Shown in pieces: positions 62,348 through 64,000 of a stretch of 64,000 bases of DNA; position 1 is the stretch's first letter; each line of letters opens with the position of its first letter. The notes beneath the pieces were generated by a model. That model did not search any database and was not told the origin of the DNA. It saw nothing but the letters and a program-made list of their open reading frames with translations. A program made the position numbers and the translations under genes. This stretch comes from Camelus ferus. Lineage: Eukaryota. The stretch covers positions 32,302,001 through 32,366,000 of the forward strand of contig NC_045705.1 in NCBI RefSeq assembly GCF_009834535.1, in the 5' to 3' direction.

Positions 62348-63217
62348 TCTTCTGGTTCCAAACAGCAATATGATGATTTACTCAATAATAAAAAAAGTAA
62401 ATGGCTCTAAAATAATGTACTACATGTCAATATGCATAAAATGAATAACGTTTTCAATGTCTCGTTTAAAATGATGACTTCAAAAACCATATACATGTTC
62501 TAACCCTATATAGGAAATCTTAAGATGTGAGACATATTCTTATACCATAGCCCTGACACTGGGTTAGCACTAATTTCTCTGAGTACCAATGCTTTCATCC
62601 TGGCAATATAAGCCATTTTACATTGCAACAAGTAAGTAAATATGGTAAACTATAGTAATGTAAAACCACAATATATCTTTTGCAGAATCTAGCAGATGGA
62701 TTTATAGTCAATAAAATTCATTACACATTTACTCTCTTCAAATTACAAAGTGCTTGGTTAGAAAGATTAAAGTATACATTTTGAGCTTATTGTAAGTTTA
62801 TTATTCAAGGTAATAAGAAAAGTAAAAAAAAAAAAAAATGCCATGGAAATGTGGAGGAGACCTCAGAAGTTTAAAGCTCTGTAGGATTTTGTAAGCCACA
62901 TAATTTGTGAATCTTAAATATTAATCTATAGGGAAGCTATTGCATAGATTATCTATAGATTACTCAGATTAAATAAATCTATGCAGAATAAATTTTAAAA
63001 TATCTAATATACACACATACAATAAAACACACACAGACATACATACCCACACAAGCATGCAACTAGGACCAAAACAGAGAAAATTAACGTTGGTTAACAA
63101 GGGAGATCCAGTAGAACTTATATTTTTCTTCAGTTTGCCACATGCTCTCAACCATTCACAGTCACAAAGGGACTGTGAGAGACTGATACAGTTATTATTG
63201 TATTATTTAATTATATT

Positions 63218-63335
63218 TTTGGCAGTAGTGGGGAGATAATTAGATTTATTTATTTTTAGAGGAGATACTGGGGATAGAACCCAGGATCTCATGCATGCTA
63301 GGCATGTGCTCCACCACTTGAGCTATACCCTCCCT
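63218..63335 (-). mobile_element. tRNA-Ala-derived camelid SINE (Vic-1 type)
   Basis: ggggatagaacccaggatctcatgcatgctaggcatgtgctccaccacttgagctataccctccc. Confidence 0.88.
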
Positions 63336-63860
63336 GTGTTCCTGTTCATTGCTGAATAGTATTCCACTGTAAAGCTGTACCATGGTTCACTTATCCATTC
63401 AATAGTTGATGGGCATTTGGGTTATTTCAAGGTTTAGAATATAGTGAATAGGGATGCTAGAAATACTGGCATACAGGTCTTGGTGTAGACATGTTTTCTT
63501 TTATCCTGGGTAAATCAGACTTAGTGAGATTGCTGGGTGAGCTGCACCATTTTGCTTTCCTCCCAGCAGTGGATGGATGAAAGCTCTGGTTGCTCTCCAT
63601 CACTGTGAGTACTTTGTATTCTTATCTACTATTACACTTTAAAAATTCTAGTCATTCTGATAGATATTATGGGATCACATTGTGGTTTTAAAATTGTATT
63701 TCTCTAATCACAAATGTTGTTGAACATTACTTTTTATAGGCTTAGTTGCTACCATTGTACCTTCTCTAGTGAAGTGTCTATTCAAATGTATGCCCATATT
63801 TTAATTGTTTATCTTTCCTTTTATTTTCATATTGTTGAGTTTTTAAAGTACTCTGTATAT
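63336..63860 (-). mobile_element. Old L1M 3' region fragment
   Basis: gttcattgctgaatagtattccactgta...cacttatccattc...gggcatttgggttatttc...gtgaagtgtctattcaaatgtatgccc, antisense L1. Confidence 0.85.
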
Positions 63861-64000
63861 TCTGTACAATAAATTCATATTCTTAGTCAATATTCATATT
63901 CTTTATTGAATAGCTATTCAGTCTGTGGTTTGTTAATTTTCTCAACAGGGTCTTTCACAAAACAAACTTTAAATGTGACAAAGTAGAATTTATCATTCTT

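Noticed and set aside
7000-63900. Numerous short tandem duplications (for example 8005-8030, 15838-15870, 17704-17730, 47330-47352, 63875-63903)
   Set aside because: Ordinary slippage duplications in AT-rich DNA with no shared unit or pattern
1-64000. CRISPR arrays, prokaryotic operons, or a strong Greek-island-type Lhx2/Ebf composite enhancer
   Set aside because: The sequence is mammalian with no repeat-spacer arrays, and by eye I found only degenerate composite motifs

Overview
AT-rich mammalian DNA holding a class II olfactory receptor (OR5/OR8) tandem cluster. It is almost certainly from a camelid, since it carries five tRNA-Ala-derived Vic-1-type SINEs, and from a draft assembly (174-N gap at 4560-4733). 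There are seven single-coding-exon OR loci. Five have intact ORFs: OR5AS1 (9289-10227 +), OR5J-like (30546-31484 +), OR8I2 (44425-45357 +), OR8H-like (52729-53676 +) and OR5T-like (59085-60023 -). Two are damaged: 20274-21216 +, broken by one 4-bp tandem duplication, and 36805-37743 +, with a premature TAA plus DRY->DWY and KAFSTC->KAFSTW. As I recall it, this order matches the human 11q12.1 cluster, but with fewer genes between OR8H and OR5T. Intergenic DNA is mostly L1, L2, MIR, ERV/MaLR LTRs and MER8/MER20 DNA transposons, with candidate OR 5' UTR splice sites and O/E (EBF) plus homeodomain promoter motifs. I found no convincing novel biological system. The best second-look items are the single-lesion OR pseudogene, the cryptically decayed OR, a branch point-CAGCAG|GTAAGT dual splice site before OR8I2, a CpG-retaining island with splice donors, a twin-primed micro-L1 and a templated-insertion scar. 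Repeat family names and orthology come from recalled consensus sequences, not from database searches.
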